From Lingula anatina (taxonomy: Eukaryota; Animalia; Brachiopoda): a DNA stretch of 64,000 bases. Below are positions 35,436 through 49,587 of the stretch, piece after piece. The position numbers and the translations under genes are program-made. The notes below the pieces were generated by a model. It had not been told where the DNA came from. It did no database searches and was given only the letters and a program-made list of their open reading frames with translations. Location of the stretch: positions 434,001 through 498,000 of the forward strand of contig CM120646.1 in the NCBI GenBank assembly GCA_051362555.1, in the 5' to 3' direction. Positions within the stretch are counted from its first letter, which is position 1. Each line of letters starts with the position of its first letter.

Positions 35436-36289
35436 GGGACTAAATGGTATAATATTGGAGTTACCATAGTGTGCCATAAATTTCCTACAGAAAAAAATTA
35501 ATTAAAATAAAGAAAAGGTCATTTTGGTCAAAATTCTTGAAATGGGAGGTGCTCTGAAGTTCCAGATGTTCAAATTTGATGAAATAATGTCATTTTTGAC
35601 CACAAGTTGTCTGCTTTGCCAAGCCTGCACATTTTGCTTTCACCACCAATATGTACTTTTTGATAAAGCGTAACTCGAAAACCGTATGGAATACAAAAAA
35701 ATGGAGACCACATCCAGTGTTGGGCTTTACATGCTCTACATAATGCAAAAAAGAATGGGTGTCTAGCATTAACGGTTCCCGAATTAGAGACAGTTTTCAG
35801 TTTTGATATCTTATGGCCGCTACTCCCGTGAAAATGCACCGATTGACCCCAAATTCACGGAGATGAAAGATGACCCGAAGGGTAACACTTTCCATTAATA
35901 TTATTAGTTAAGTCTGTGTGGTGTCTGAATAAGAGCGCAAAAAATTTTTTTTTTCGGCAAAAATTTTGTTTTTTTGAAAATTTTGGCCCGTTTGACCTTG
36001 AAATAAAGGTCAAAGGTCAAATCCAAGGGCATATTTGAAATCTACACATATGACTTTTGGAAAGCTGTCTGTAGAAAATTTTCCCATAATTCCTTCCGTA
36101 GGGGAGATAATTAGCATTTAATTTTGCCATTTTTGGACAAGGGTGCATTGCAATGAGTGCCACACCTAGACCCCAATACCGACAAAGCCCAAATTTTACG
36201 TGGAACGAGTTGAGATTATAGGTGACCTAAATCCAAGAGATGGGTATGGAGACCCTTACCGTCTAGGAGGAGAAGCGGTAACGGTGACT

Positions 36290-36353
36290 TGGCGGCGGAG
36301 CCGCAGGAGCCGCAGGAGCCGGCGGAGCCGGCGGAGCCGCAGGAGCCGGCGGA
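36290..36353. repeat. 9-bp GC-rich microsatellite (GCCGCAGGA/GCCGGCGGA)n inside the HINE
   Basis: About 7 units; gives the spurious RSRRSRR and PAPAAP ORFs. Confidence 0.9.
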
Positions 36354-37228
36354 ACATACGGGTCGGGACTAAAACCATGTGTACCGCCAGCGCCTACGCT
36401 GGTGGTACAATAAATGCTTTGATACATCAGAATAAGACATGCATTAAACACTTCACAGTAATGAAGTGTCAGCTGTAAAATGTTTCCAAAAATTGTTACC
36501 CCCTATTTTGGGTTGGAGTTGGGGTTTGGTTTGGGATGGTAAGCCCAACATTGGTGATTGATTCTGAGAAGTACCTAACTACCTGACACCTGCCATATCA
36601 TGTGCCTGGGCATTTCAGGCAAGTCATTGTCTCACAGTGTTAACTCACATGGTGTGAGGAAGATTTCTATCTATAGTATGCAGGGACATTCCTCTTCCAT
36701 GCAAATAAAGTGTCAACATACCATGCTGAAAGTGAAATGGTCATTAAACAGGCTGCGTACACGCATGCTCACACCTCAGCATGCAAGCAATACTTTTGTC
36801 AATGCAAATAATCAATGCCAGGCACTCACCGTAATATTTCACCCAGCAAAAAAAAATAAAAAATAAAATAAAATAAAAATAAAAAAATTAACATTATAAT
36901 TATAACATGGCAATTTCCAGTTTAAACTGTTATATCACTCTACTTCCATTCAGAATTCTACAGTTAGTGAATGAAAACGTCCCTTATTTCAAATCCACTA
37001 TTTCATGCTTGTGTATACTAGTATGTCTGTCTATATCGTTATAAAATATCTCTCTCACTCCCTCTCTCTCCCCCTCTCACATACACACGAACACACACAC
37101 ACATACTGTCTTACCTTATGGAATCCTTTTGTTAATGACAATCACAACCTCATGCCAACAATGATCACATCTCACTCCATGTCTGACTATATCCCCCAGA
37201 ATCTGAACTCTTCACCACAGCAAATAGC

Positions 37229-37276
<48 letters not shown>
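37229..37276. repeat. Poly-C homopolymer, about 48 nt (poly-G in the ADAR2 sense strand)
   Basis: Seen directly; length may be affected by sequencing error. Confidence 0.9.
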
Positions 37277-37277
<1 letters not shown>

Positions 37278-38436
37278 TCTCCTTCTGGATATAGAGACTT
37301 TTCAACCAGAAAAGCACAACTCATTAGCAAAAGATGAAAAATATCACCACTGCCTTGGGTTGAAAAACATCATCTATCTTTTCCATTATGCTGTCAGTAA
37401 TTAAGACCTCGTTAGGGCTTCTTTATCCATTACTCCAGTTAAATATTCTGTAGCTAAGACAACTGAGGCAATATCATTCTTCTTATAAGTTAAAAGGGAT
37501 AATTAACTTAAATATCTTCCAGAATACTACAGAAAATACTTCGTGTTTCTGGCCAGCAGACAAAATTATGCCAATCTTCCAGCCACAGTCATAATATTTA
37601 ATATCTGTACTGACAGTTTCAATTAGTTGAGGATACACTGGAACTGCCTGTAGTTGAGGATACACTGGAACTGCTAGTAGACAGGAAACTTAAACAATGT
37701 ATATCATCTGGTGTGTGATTTCAGTTTGAACCATTCTTTACTTTTGTAATGATAACAACAAATCATGTGCAGTGGAAGTAATGGCAGTCTGACTCCACCC
37801 TCCCCCCCCATTTTCTTTTCTGGCACACCGTCCACTATCAGCTCCAAAAAATACAGCTTTCACGTGAACAAAACAAATCAATTTCTTTTTCCAAAACAAT
37901 CTTTGTCACTTCAACCTGAAAAAAGCTTCCGAATTTCTGAAAAGTGAGTAGATTCAATGTCAAAGAGCAAATATTTGTACTTGTAACTAAAATATGATAC
38001 ATCATGAAAAAACAAAGCAATGGAATAATGGTATGTGGAATTATTCAGCAATTTCTCCCTATCCATTAAAAAAAAAAATCATCCATCGCTTTTCACACTA
38101 TCAGGCCTGTTACAGTGCCAATCTATTATCAATCCAGACATTAGTCTCTGTAAAGAGAGAGACATGAGGGTAAGTTACCCTTATTAGCAACCAAATTCAT
38201 CATTTTCTACATCATGGCAACAGGCCATCATTGTTATCATGGCTAAACAACTTCAAACCCAAATATTTGTTTCTGTCAAATAAGAAACATTAAAGTCAAA
38301 GTAAAATAATTTTCAGTGGACTCACAAATAAGCTAAAATGTCTTAAGTACATATAATTCATAATAATTTAATCTATATAGTATACTATTATTAGATGGGC
38401 CACTTCCAGTTTATACTGTTATAGCATTCTATTTTG

Positions 38437-38603
38437 GGCAGCGCTAGCAATTTTTTCGCTTAGCCAAATCATCACTCCCTTTCTGTCTATTTGTTATCCA
38501 ATAGTGTTAATTTGACTAAAATGAGTCAAATCAAGCCCTTTTTTCTTTAGCCAATTTAAGTAAGTTTTAGCATTTGGCTAAATTGGTGAGTGTTAGCGCT
38601 ACC
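38437..38603. mobile_element. Degenerate MITE with AGCGCTA..TTAGCCAAAT inverted ends
   Basis: Left GGCAGCGCTAGCAA..TTAGCCAAAT versus inverse of right GGTAGCGCTAACA..TTAGCCAAAT; internal TAGCCAA/TTGGCTA motifs. Confidence 0.5.
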
Positions 38604-41600
38604 TCAGCTATTTCTATTCAGAATTCCAGAGTTACTGAATGAAAACATAACCAATTAACTTGCTGGCAAGATATTTCATTATAACCCTCCACAGAAATCA
38701 TCCCATGGTTCCCGTACCATCCAAAACAATTTGGACTCATAAATATCCAGGTGCAAACAGACATCAACCATACTATAGAAATCATCCCTTTGGTTTCCAG
38801 TCTTTCCCTAAAAGCACTCACCAACCTCGCAGTCCCAGAGCTCAATACAATTGTTTCCATTCTGGCCAGAGTCTTCCAGAGCTTGTTGCCCAGAACACCA
38901 CACTACTGAAGTCTTAGATCTGACAGAACAGTTTCACTTCATCCACGTCCCCCACGCAGGGCCCTGGCTCTGGATATGGAGGCCATCAGTGAGCATTCTT
39001 AACAAATATCATTGACTATCCAGATTTAGGGCTATCCAGTAAGTACACTTAGAATAATCAATATGTGGTCCAAGGCGGACTCCTAAATTGTTCTAGATGA
39101 ATTATTTTATTCAAGGAGCACTTGCAGTTACTGACGAGTGTATTCTTAGTATTGTCTTTAGCAAGCTGTTACTTATTTACAAAGACTTAATTATATTTAA
39201 ATATTATCCTTGATATCATCCCTTTGTCAATATAGTGAAATATATGCATAACTATGAAAATTGCATTTCTTTTCAGACGTGTTTTCCACAAAATTTGTGT
39301 CATGCACATTTTCATCTCTATTAAATCCTACACCAAGAACCACCACTAGACGGGTGCCAATTAAAATCAAAACCCCTTGAAAGGTTGTTATTTCAAATTG
39401 CACCACTGGATGTCTAACCACAAGTGCGACCTCTCGCGCCACGTTCTGCCAACCCTCGTCAAGAGGCCACTGCTAGGCAGTTGTCTGGAGCGTACCATGG
39501 CTGGCAGTGAGGTTATGGTAATTATTCACAAATTTTATCACCTCCAATTATTACAATATTTTTTTTGAAAAGTTCAATGTCTGAAGTGATTCATATCTGA
39601 ACCTGCCTCAGGTTGAAAAATTGCAGATCATCTTCTCCTTTAAGGTTTTAACAACAGACATTCATTATGAGAAATAAATTTAAATGCTTTGCTTCAAACT
39701 TGGTGAGTAATTACCGTAACAGCTGTATTCTGCAGCATGAAAACTTCAGTCTAGAATGAGTATTCAAATATGAAATTTCTTTTTTTTTTTTTTTTTGAAA
39801 AACACGTAGCATTCATTTTATTCATTAGAAATCAACCCATCCTAATGAAACATTTGATTGGCCCTTGGAAACGGTCAACAGTGAGGAACAAAAGTGTGGA
39901 TTTTATCTTGAGAACTGTATACCTGATTTAAAAACTCAGGCTCTAATAACTACTTCTACAGCCATCTATAATCACATTATTATACAGTTTGCCATGCTGT
40001 GTGCCACCTTCAGTTACCATACAGGCAAAAGGCAGACAATAGAAAAGACATTAAATTTTGCTCCAAAAAAAAAAAAAGTTGAACAGAGATAAAAACAGAT
40101 TCAACATAATTAAGACATAGCAGAAATCGATTTCATCTCTTAATCAGAATTTCATTGCAGGATTTTCTCTAAAACTTTAATCTCCATGTTATGTGCAGGG
40201 CAACAGATTTGCCTAAGACACGTTCAATTTATTTTGTGGGAAAAAAGCATTTCCGAGAGAAAAACAGTTTGTTTGTCAATTTACATTTCCGCATACTTGT
40301 GTTCAGGGCAAGAATGCATTATGGGTACTATTTCATTAGCCAAATCAGACCAATCATCTCACTTTTTTCTACAAACTTAATTTGTCTGTCTGCTTTTCTC
40401 CCTTCTAAATGTAGTAAGATTAGGACAAGCAATCTGCCACATAATTATCTATGACATTTGTAATTTGTTTTTTTTTTTCCTCTTTTTGCTTTAACTGATT
40501 CAACTGACAATTGTCTTTAATTTTCTACAACAAAAGTTATGACAGAAAGAGTCAAAGTAAGTCATTTGAAACAAAATGTGTTCTAAGATGTCACTATTAT
40601 TAAAAGATTTTCTTGATTAAAAATTAAATATAGATAAATTCTCAGAAATCAACAATCCATGCAAAAGTTGCCAAAAGCTAATCAAAACTAACAAAGTACT
40701 TATCTTCCAATACAAATAAATGACAAGTAATTATTAAAGGCACAATGAGGAACTGCTGTTCTCACGGAGTTGGTAAGATAGCATCTACAGAGGTTAATAG
40801 AAGGAATTGAGTTTTAGGATTGCAAAGTTTCTCTTTTAAGTGCTGTGGGGCAAAGGAAACTATTTTTCTTTTTTTTATTTATTTTAGAGCATAGACTGGG
40901 AAATTTTCAAAGGGGGAGAGAGAGAGAGAGGAAGGGGGCAGGGAGGACGGGTGAGTAAATACACTTCACTATCTTATATTTCACTTGCTTCATCAATAGA
41001 ACAAAGTTGTCAATGAGATGTTTGAATTTCACTTATATAATAGGCACCTTTATGGTTGCTTAACAACACATTTCTTCAAAATTGGCTTGTCTTGTTCTCC
41101 TATCATAAACTTCAGTGTCCAGACAGGGGAGCCCCCTACAGGGCTGAATGTTCCGTACTCACTCTTGACAGACCACCACAGATTAAATTCACTCCGACAT
41201 TGGGAGGAAAACTGATGATGATTTATAAGTTCGAGACACGCATACATGTTAAGTGTGATAACAGTGTAAAATTGTTTTGGAGAGACAAAGTGTTTTTGGA
41301 GAGACAAAGTGAAGAAATTGGCAAATGCAATAAAATGACTTTATTTTTTTGTAGATGATTAACCCCTTCTGCTTGTTTTGTTGATAATATTCTCAAACAC
41401 TGGCTTCTACAGTAACATTGTCAGTTCTAAATAAAACGATGGCAATGCAGTTACAGGCAATCCTCCACATTCTGAACTGCAACTTAAATGAAAATAAGGA
41501 AAAACGTGCTAATTCCTTTTCCTGGTGTTCAGATCACACCTAGGCCTCAAGGAAACAGAACCTGGGTATTTTAAGGAAGGTAAATGTAACTTGCTGAAAA

Positions 41601-41732
41601 ACATGACTCGTTTAATATGAAAATAAAATTAGTTTTCCAGAATTCCTACAAAGAGTTTGAGTATAGTAGACAGTTTTAACCTTACGATACATGGTGATTA
41701 CTTGAGCTTAACGAGTAAGTTTGTGAAATCCT

Positions 41733-41768
<36 letters not shown>

Positions 41769-44700
41769 TTTAATAAGGAAAACACTAGCAGCTGTCATAT
41801 TATCACATCAAGTGTAACTTCCTTTTTACCCCAAACAGAACATCCCCTTTGGTGTTCTTGACTGGAATGTCTGGTTTCAACTTCACTTAAAAAAAAAAAA
41901 AAAAAAAACATTTCAAAAATCCTATGCAACACTTTCACTGGTATGTTTTTCCCTAGCCATTATATTTTTCCAAAATAAAAACAAAGTGGTCCTGGAGGAC
42001 TACAATTTTCAAAACTGGTCCACAAAACAAATACTAGTAGCTAGTTGATCTTAATAAAAATAATTGTTGAGTAATATGACAAATTTTACAGACATCATTG
42101 CACATGAAGTTGCTATTAGGATATATTGCAAAAACAAGTCAGAACACATTTTCCTCACAGGTTGTAGGTTATCTAACTAATTTAAAATCCTTATTAGACC
42201 AGTGCAGACACAATCAATGCTTCTAATGAGTTGGCAACAAAACAAAATCAAAAGAAAGAAAAAAACACCCATTGTCTTTACCTCCTTCACGCTCCAGCTG
42301 TTTTGTCATTATAACATGAAAGCAGCAATTACCTTATCACAATTTTCCAAGATTTAACTGGTTCCAGGGACGGAAATGTACAATTCATTACCAAGCTCCT
42401 GTTACCCCTGCATCAGCTCCTCTCTCTCTCGGTTCTCTCGTGAGGGCTGCATCCATCTGGCATCAATAAAACATTTTAAAAAACTGGCAAAAGGACGCCA
42501 CTTTTCATCACCCCTATTACCAGCCTAGCCACCATGGGATGTCAGAGAATTACTTAAAACAGTGATGTTCTCTGAAATCCTGGAATATTTCATTATTCTT
42601 GGCTTGTTCTTGCTTTTTTTTTTTAATCTAACCCAATCAATATGAACGCTGTTAATAATCTATGCCCTTTAAAAATTTTGAGACAAAATATTAACTCATT
42701 CAATCCTTATAATAAAAAATCTAAACAAAATAAACTATAAAATTCACACAAAATCAGGGGATTTCTTTAGGACAATAACTATTGTAACAATTTCAACTGA
42801 TTATGATGCTCAGGCTTAACATAAATTGAAAGACCATGGCCAGCAAAGTCTGCCAGATAGTGAAGACGATCACCCCTATCTGTCTCCCAAAGTACATAAA
42901 AAGAAAAGAAATGATCTTATCCATGTTTCCGTTTACCTCCACGCTAACAATGTGAGCTAAATGTAGATATTAATGGAATCAGTAAGTCCAACGTAATCAA
43001 ATTTTCCAAGAATAGAGGAAAAAAAGAATCCAGTTCCATACACGTACCCTCTGGTATATACCACACTTGATGATGACTCTTTTAAGTAACAAAACAGATA
43101 AAACCATTCCCAACTTGATCACTGGCGTCAACAAACAGCACACAAGGGGAAATCATTTCTTTGCAGAACATCAGACTATTAAACGCCTGGTGAATTTCAC
43201 AATGTTTATGAATTTAGACCAGTAAATTTTTGTAATGCTCTAATTATCTATCTAATTAATAAAACATTTCTCCTTGTAACCATGCCTACAATCAGACTTC
43301 TGTACACACGACAAACAGATTGTACTTTTAAGTCAGGAGAAAATATTAACGTCAGCAAGCACACAGGTTGATACTAAAGGCCAGTCACATGACCCCCGTC
43401 CCCCCCAGGCCCTCACCCCTCTGAATAATAAATAAGCGTGTTTCCACAGCTAAAGAACACAACAAGAATAAAAGTACCTTTCTAAGTGAAGAGAGGACAT
43501 TGACTTGCTGTCTACTTAATCAGTTATTTTCAAAGGCAACATACATTATTTATAATAATTTCATAGCAACTTTTTCATTTGAAGTTAGTGGTTACAAGCT
43601 TGACTGAAGAGTATTATCAGATGTGGCTAGAAATGACTATTCTCTATTGCCTTCTCAAAAGCATAGTATGTGTTAACATACTAAACAAGACAGACAGGTC
43701 AAAATGTTATCACAGTTGACCAATGTAAAAGTAAAAACTACAACATATAGACTTAAATGACACCTATATATGATAAAATGTACTCACCAATTACAAAGTC
43801 AAATTAAAAAAAAAACCTTAAAAGAGAGCGCACAAAACATGCCTTAAGATGTCTGCAGATTTTTAAATATTTACAATTTTGAAAGAAATATTTATTTTGA
43901 AAGAAGGCTACTGTCTGGTTTAAACTTAACTGGTAGGCATTAACCACACTGTGAACTTTGAGAAGAAAACAAAGTGCCCTTCAGTTTGGCAAGCTGTGAC
44001 GGAAGCAACTAAGTGTTTGCAGCTTTTTATCCAAGTTTTAAGATCATTGACCGTCCACATCTCTTCAAAATATGGCCAAGAGAAAGCTGTAAGGCTTGAG
44101 GTGTGTTTACATTTAAGTTAGATCAACCTTCCTCACTGTATTCCTCCTTTATATTATCACAGGCTGATCTGACCATAGGCACCAAATACCATGATCCTTT
44201 CGGTTCTCCTGCCAGCCCCCACACCATACTATTGCCACACTTGGCCATGCCCCATCATCACTGGGCTATAGTCTGATGACTTACTTCAGAGAACAGATTC
44301 ATGACATTTTTCTGTCCAGTGCAAGGTTAGTTATATCTAAGATCTAATATACCATATCCGTTTATTAGATTTTAGGTTTAATCAGGTGAACGATCAGAGA
44401 ACTGGCAACCTGACGCCTACTTCAATGTACCTTAAGTTTTAGAACCACTGCTTGGCTGGGGCTTGTTGAAATTTGCTGACAGAAAATGGAGAAACTTCTC
44501 TTTAAAAAATTCAAACAAGGATTTTGAATGTACTCTTAAGTGCATGAATTGTTTCTTGTTGGCCTTATCTGAGGACAATCAAAACTTCTAAAACATATAT
44601 TGACTGATAAGTGGCCTTAATCAATATCATTCTTAATCTTTTGCCTTTTCCAAAATTGTTACAGAGTTAAGGCAAGTGTCATAAAAGATAAAAGAACTGA

Positions 44701-45339
44701 ATTAGAAGAGACATGCTTATTTAAACCTTGTAAGTGATAATTGCCAATTGTGATCTCAAGCCATAGATTTGAAATTGTGGATACCAAATCAAAGGCTCGG
44801 ACTGTGATTTCATGGCTCGAATATAAAAGCAGTGGTTGGGAACATCACTTAAGGCAGCCCTGTCAAGAATTTGACCAGCTTTCATCCAGGTTACTTACTG
44901 CTGGGGTGTAGGTTCCTCTTCTCAAACCCAATTTTTTTCAATATGAAAATAATGCAGTTTGAGGCTCTTCAGCACATAGGAACATACTGAATTTGTAAGT
45001 GGATTAAAGGTCCACAGTTTGCATCATGGTGTTTGCGATTCATGAATGGCTTTTTCTCCAGTAAACAGTAATACTCAGGGCAATTTTGATCAGGTGGTTT
45101 CAACAACCCCAACCATTGATTTATTCAAAGTAGACAGAGCAAAGAAGCTCTGAACAGTGCAGGAAAATATTGACGTCTGTCTGCAGGATTGCTTGTCCTT
45201 TGAATCAAAAAGACACAATTTTTATCATTGATTTCTTTATCATAAGGTTAAAAGATCTTAATGAAAACATCCTAATGTATTTCCAGGAATTCAATTAGTT
45301 CCAATCACTAATGCACTTTTAGGAATTCAATTAGTTAAA

Positions 45340-45344
<5 letters not shown>

Positions 45345-45387
<43 letters not shown>
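45345..45387. repeat. (GA)n microsatellite
   Basis: About 21 GA units; similar tracts near 41732 and 47952, and (CA)n tracts near 54885, 58929 and 59725. Confidence 0.95.
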
Positions 45388-45390
<3 letters not shown>

Positions 45391-48300
45391 AAGAGAGAAA
45401 GAAAGAGAGCAACTCATTGGTTTGAATTATTAATACTCCAGAAGTACGGGGCACCATGGCAACTCCTACTTCAACACAAAGAAATTGTATTTGAAGTCAA
45501 TATTTCACTTTTTTTAGTGGAAGAGCTTAAGAAGAAAAATTAAAAGTTATTCTAAGTATAGTAAACAGGGTGTAGAAACCCTGCAATGCAGGCAGCAAGA
45601 AGAAATGGCACATCAAACCCACACCATGCTACCACAAAGCAAATCACAAGAGGGACTTGACAAGTAGTTCAAAGAGGCAAAATGAAAAGAAACATTTCTT
45701 ATGAACAGCTGAACATGCCATAAATAAAATATTCTCAAATCACCAGATACAGAATAATCAATGTTGTACATTAATCAGAGGAATGCTGCTTTGATTCTAC
45801 AATCACTACAGCTGGAAACCAGACTTTAACATGATGAAACACTTCTGCAGCTTCGTTCACACAAACTGGACTGGAAAACAGTCTAAAATGTGCCAAATAA
45901 TACATAACTAAAGCACATTCAATATTGACTGGTATACACTGACAATGTTATTACATAAGAGTCAACAAAACACTGGGCTCAACATTGCCTATCTATCAAC
46001 TTCCACCCAAACAGAAAAAACAAGAACTTGTGAAAGTCAGTTAAACTCCCCATAGCATCATTACATGTAATAGGCGGTCTTGATAAAGAAAACCTTCCGT
46101 TGTAAAAAGAAACTCATCATTTAAACTATACCAGGAGTTTAGGAGATAAAGCCTCAGATTTTAAACCACATTTTGTTCAATTTATCTTAGGACAAATAAT
46201 ACTTTTCAATAATTTTTAACTAATAAATCCCACATATAAGAAGACTAAGAGAATTCTAATTCACCCTCACAGAGGCTTTTTTCAGATCTGTATCTTCAGC
46301 ATTTTGCCCCTTAGGCCCATGGTTCAGTGAACTGCCTTAACAGCATGGAACATTTCCATCATAAATCTCAACTCCAAAGGATAACAGCAATTTGAAAAAC
46401 CACAATCTTCAGTCTACTGTTCAATAAAGGAAACATGAAGTGATTTCTAATGGGATTTTTATTATCAGGAGAACAAGACTGTTGAACCTCAGCTCCCTTT
46501 TAACTCCCCAGTACTGGAACACCTCTTGAACCTGCTGGTCCTCCAACAGAGCACCTGTTCTCTTTCTAGAGCCACTTGGATTAAACCAATTAGCTGACCT
46601 TTTCATAGTGGAGAGGTAGGACCAGTAACTGACAGGCAGAGTTCTTACCTGGAGGAGAGATTAAGGCACCCGTGGAAAGACTTAGGTTAAAAGTGAAAAT
46701 TAGCAAAATCATCCTTTTAACTGCCCTGCTTATTGGGCGAAAATTTCAGGAATGAGCCAATTATTTTTTTTCCATGGAAATCCATCACAGCCTCAGACTT
46801 GCTACTTTTGGCAAGATAAATATAATATAATATTATTCAATGAAGTAATTTCAACAGCAAATCTAAATTTAATCTATGGCAAGTGACCTTAAAGTAAGGT
46901 GGCACTGAAATTCAAATGGATGGTGTATTCTAGAGGAAAGCAGAACTGCCCTTTGGAAAGAATCAGACTTCGATAAATAACAATGTTGGTATAAAGAGAG
47001 TGTTTATCTTCAACTGGGTTTGTTTAATAACACATCATAGCATTCTCAAGGCAAGAGGACTCAAGATGAATGTCTGAAGGCAAATTTATCAATTATGTCT
47101 TTAAACACATATACAGAGAGCAAGTTTACAAGAAGGCAGAAAAACTAAGGAAAACTTTGAACAAAGTTCTACTTTTTAAATTCCTATTGTATGTTGAACA
47201 GGGTTTAAAAACACTTCACAAACATAAGAGGAATATGAACTGGTAGTACATGCATGAGCTATCCTAGAAAAATGTGGTAATTAACCCCAAAAAAATTGAC
47301 ATCCATACTACATCATATCAAAAACAGTGTCATACAGCATTGACGGGAGAGATTAAATACATGAAGTTCTTTTCCCACAGAATCTTAAAGAGCACCAATG
47401 TCTGTGAGATATGACGTGGCAATTCTTTACTCTGAGACCAACTAATTTTATAAACTTATATCATCAATATGCTGTATGTGTTCATATCTCTTTGGAGTTT
47501 TTTTCCCTCGGATGTCCAACCAAGCATAAACCAAAAGTTGATAATGTTAATGCTTCACTGTGAGCAAAGTTACAACAAAATCATTCACCTATAAATTTTA
47601 CAAACACGCTGCCTGATGGTGGAAAATCACAGCTCTCCATTTGCAGAATGTTTGGGATATTTGTGCTGAATTTACAACTTCACCAGATTGTTCTACCAGA
47701 TTCTGTATCAGGCAATTTTGTGAGCAGATGCGAGCCACTCCACCTGATAGACCTCCCAGTTGGAGAAAAAATTCTGCAATTATTCTTTCCTTTCTTTAAC
47801 AGCCCAGTGAACTGTTTTAGACATTGTTTTCTTTGTAAAATAATATAGAAATCCAGCATACAGCCAGTGAGTACAAGATAGGAAGAAAGAGGTGTAAATC
47901 CCAACAGTTAAACACAACTCTAATTGGAGCAATTATACGTTACAACCCAATGAGAGAGAGAGAGAGAGAGAGAGGGAGGAGAGAGAAAGACAGAGGGGGA
48001 GAGAGGGAAGGAGGCAAGCTTTGATATACATGATTGTTGAGAAGCACTGGCCTTTGCTTATCTGGTGAATATTACACCCTAATCCAATCTACTAGACTGA
48101 TATTTTTCTCATAATAATGTTTCTCTTCTCCTGTCCTAAAAAGTTCATAATTGTAACATTCTGTTTTGGTTATCAGATAGCACACAGTTATCACAATATT
48201 GAAAGAGAGGGAAAGAAGTCATTTTCTGTATTAAGTAGCAACCCTATTCCGTGGCCCAGTACCTTCTATACTTCCTGGTGCCTAAGGGTGCCTGTATGCT

Positions 48301-49428
48301 GTATATTAGTTTAACAAGATAATCACAGCAAAAACAGGTGAAGAACAGAGAAAGGAAAACACACCACAAATGCCACAACCGTGTTTCTCCTTAATGTTAC
48401 ACAGGTACAAACATATACAGATGTCCACTGGAGAGGAGAAGGGGGTGGTGCTGATGGAAAAATGGACAAAACTTTGACAAAAAAAAAAAAAAAAAAGATC
48501 TCCACATTTCTCGTACACGTACATACCCTGGCCAACCTGCTGCAGAAACTGTGAAGCTCACTACATTTAATATACAGAGAGAATCCACTAAAGCAATAGG
48601 AATACTGAAAGAGGTTCAAATGGTTCAAACTACCTTCGAGTGCTTTTAGTCAAATATCAAAACCTTCATCAAAACCAATAATTTCATACATAAGCATGCC
48701 ACAAATCAACAATATACGAAGTGAAATAAAAACTGGAAATATCTTTCACCCTCATTGGTACAGAAACATTATTTTTAGCTCCTGGCAAATTCTCCAGGGA
48801 AGTATCCTGCCAGCAGTGAGCCATGCTTGACTAATTATAGCTGCTAATCCTGTACCTGAGGTGTCTGTATCGTTCCTCTCACCTGAAGGCTCTCCAGGTA
48901 GCGCTATGGGTACTAATTTAACAAGTTCACCATTCCTTATTACTCCTCCTTTCCAGCTCAATGAATGCTACAAATTATTGCTGGCTTTGCAGACTTCTAT
49001 CTAACAAGTTCGTGGTGCTCCTACATCGCCGCTAGCAAGGTGTCTGCCGGGCCAATACTGCTGTATTCTCAGCAGATACCCTGTAGGCTTGTAAGTGCTG
49101 GTTCCCACTGCAAACCCTGGTTGTATCTTTATTGTTGAACTAACTCTCTCCACTAAGTTGGCTGCCCACACTGCGGGATATGAGAGTGTTCTGCAGAAAT
49201 CCTCTGGTTATGGTAATTATCCAAAAATTTCAAATGCCCAATTCCAAACATTTCAGCTCTTCAAAATTCTTATTACTTGGTTTCTACTACTCACAATAAT
49301 GATTTTCTGACTGAAGAATTACAGCTCAGAATTTTCAATCAAATTTTTGACAAATTTAAATGCACAATGCATAAAATAGTTCTGATTCAATTTTGTTCAC
49401 ATTAACTGAGATATAACCAAGTATATCC

Positions 49429-49587
49429 CAGGGGCGTAACCAGGCATACACATGGATGCACTGTGCGTACAATTTTTTGAGCCAACCATGATATTATTCT
49501 CCATAAATTCAGTGTATTTTTCACAGAATATAATTGTATCTGTGAATTTTCAAAATCTGTGCGTACAATTTTAAAAGGTCTGGCCTG
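49429..49587. mobile_element. MITE with CAGGGGCGTAACCAG left end and 5-bp target duplication
   Basis: Left TIR CAGGGGCGTAACCAG; right end CTGGCCTG (TIR with an internal deletion); exact TATCC on both flanks; internal CTGTGCGTACAATTTT present twice. Confidence 0.7.

Larger units (their letters stand above)
34386..36414 (-). mobile_element. Helentron-associated non-autonomous element (HINE/DINE-1-like) with internal satellite array
   Basis: Read on the minus strand: T-run, 15-bp subTIR TATTGTACCACCAGC (36412-36398) pairing with a nearby inverted copy (stem 36381-36408), a GC-rich 9-bp microsatellite (36290-36353), a central 146-bp tandem array, the second subTIR (34436-34422, perfect 15-bp inverse), a short stem-loop GAGGCG/CGCCTC (34402-34417) and a CTAGTTT end. 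Confidence 0.85.

Noticed and set aside
36200-36478. Protamine-like RSRRSRR ORF
   Set aside because: It is the translation of the 9-bp microsatellite inside the HINE.
48883-48967. Phase-compatible candidate ADAR2 cassette exon (HSLSWKGG..GEPS, CAG|GTGAGA)
   Set aside because: Weak acceptor, no recognisable protein similarity, and such sites are expected by chance in a long intron.
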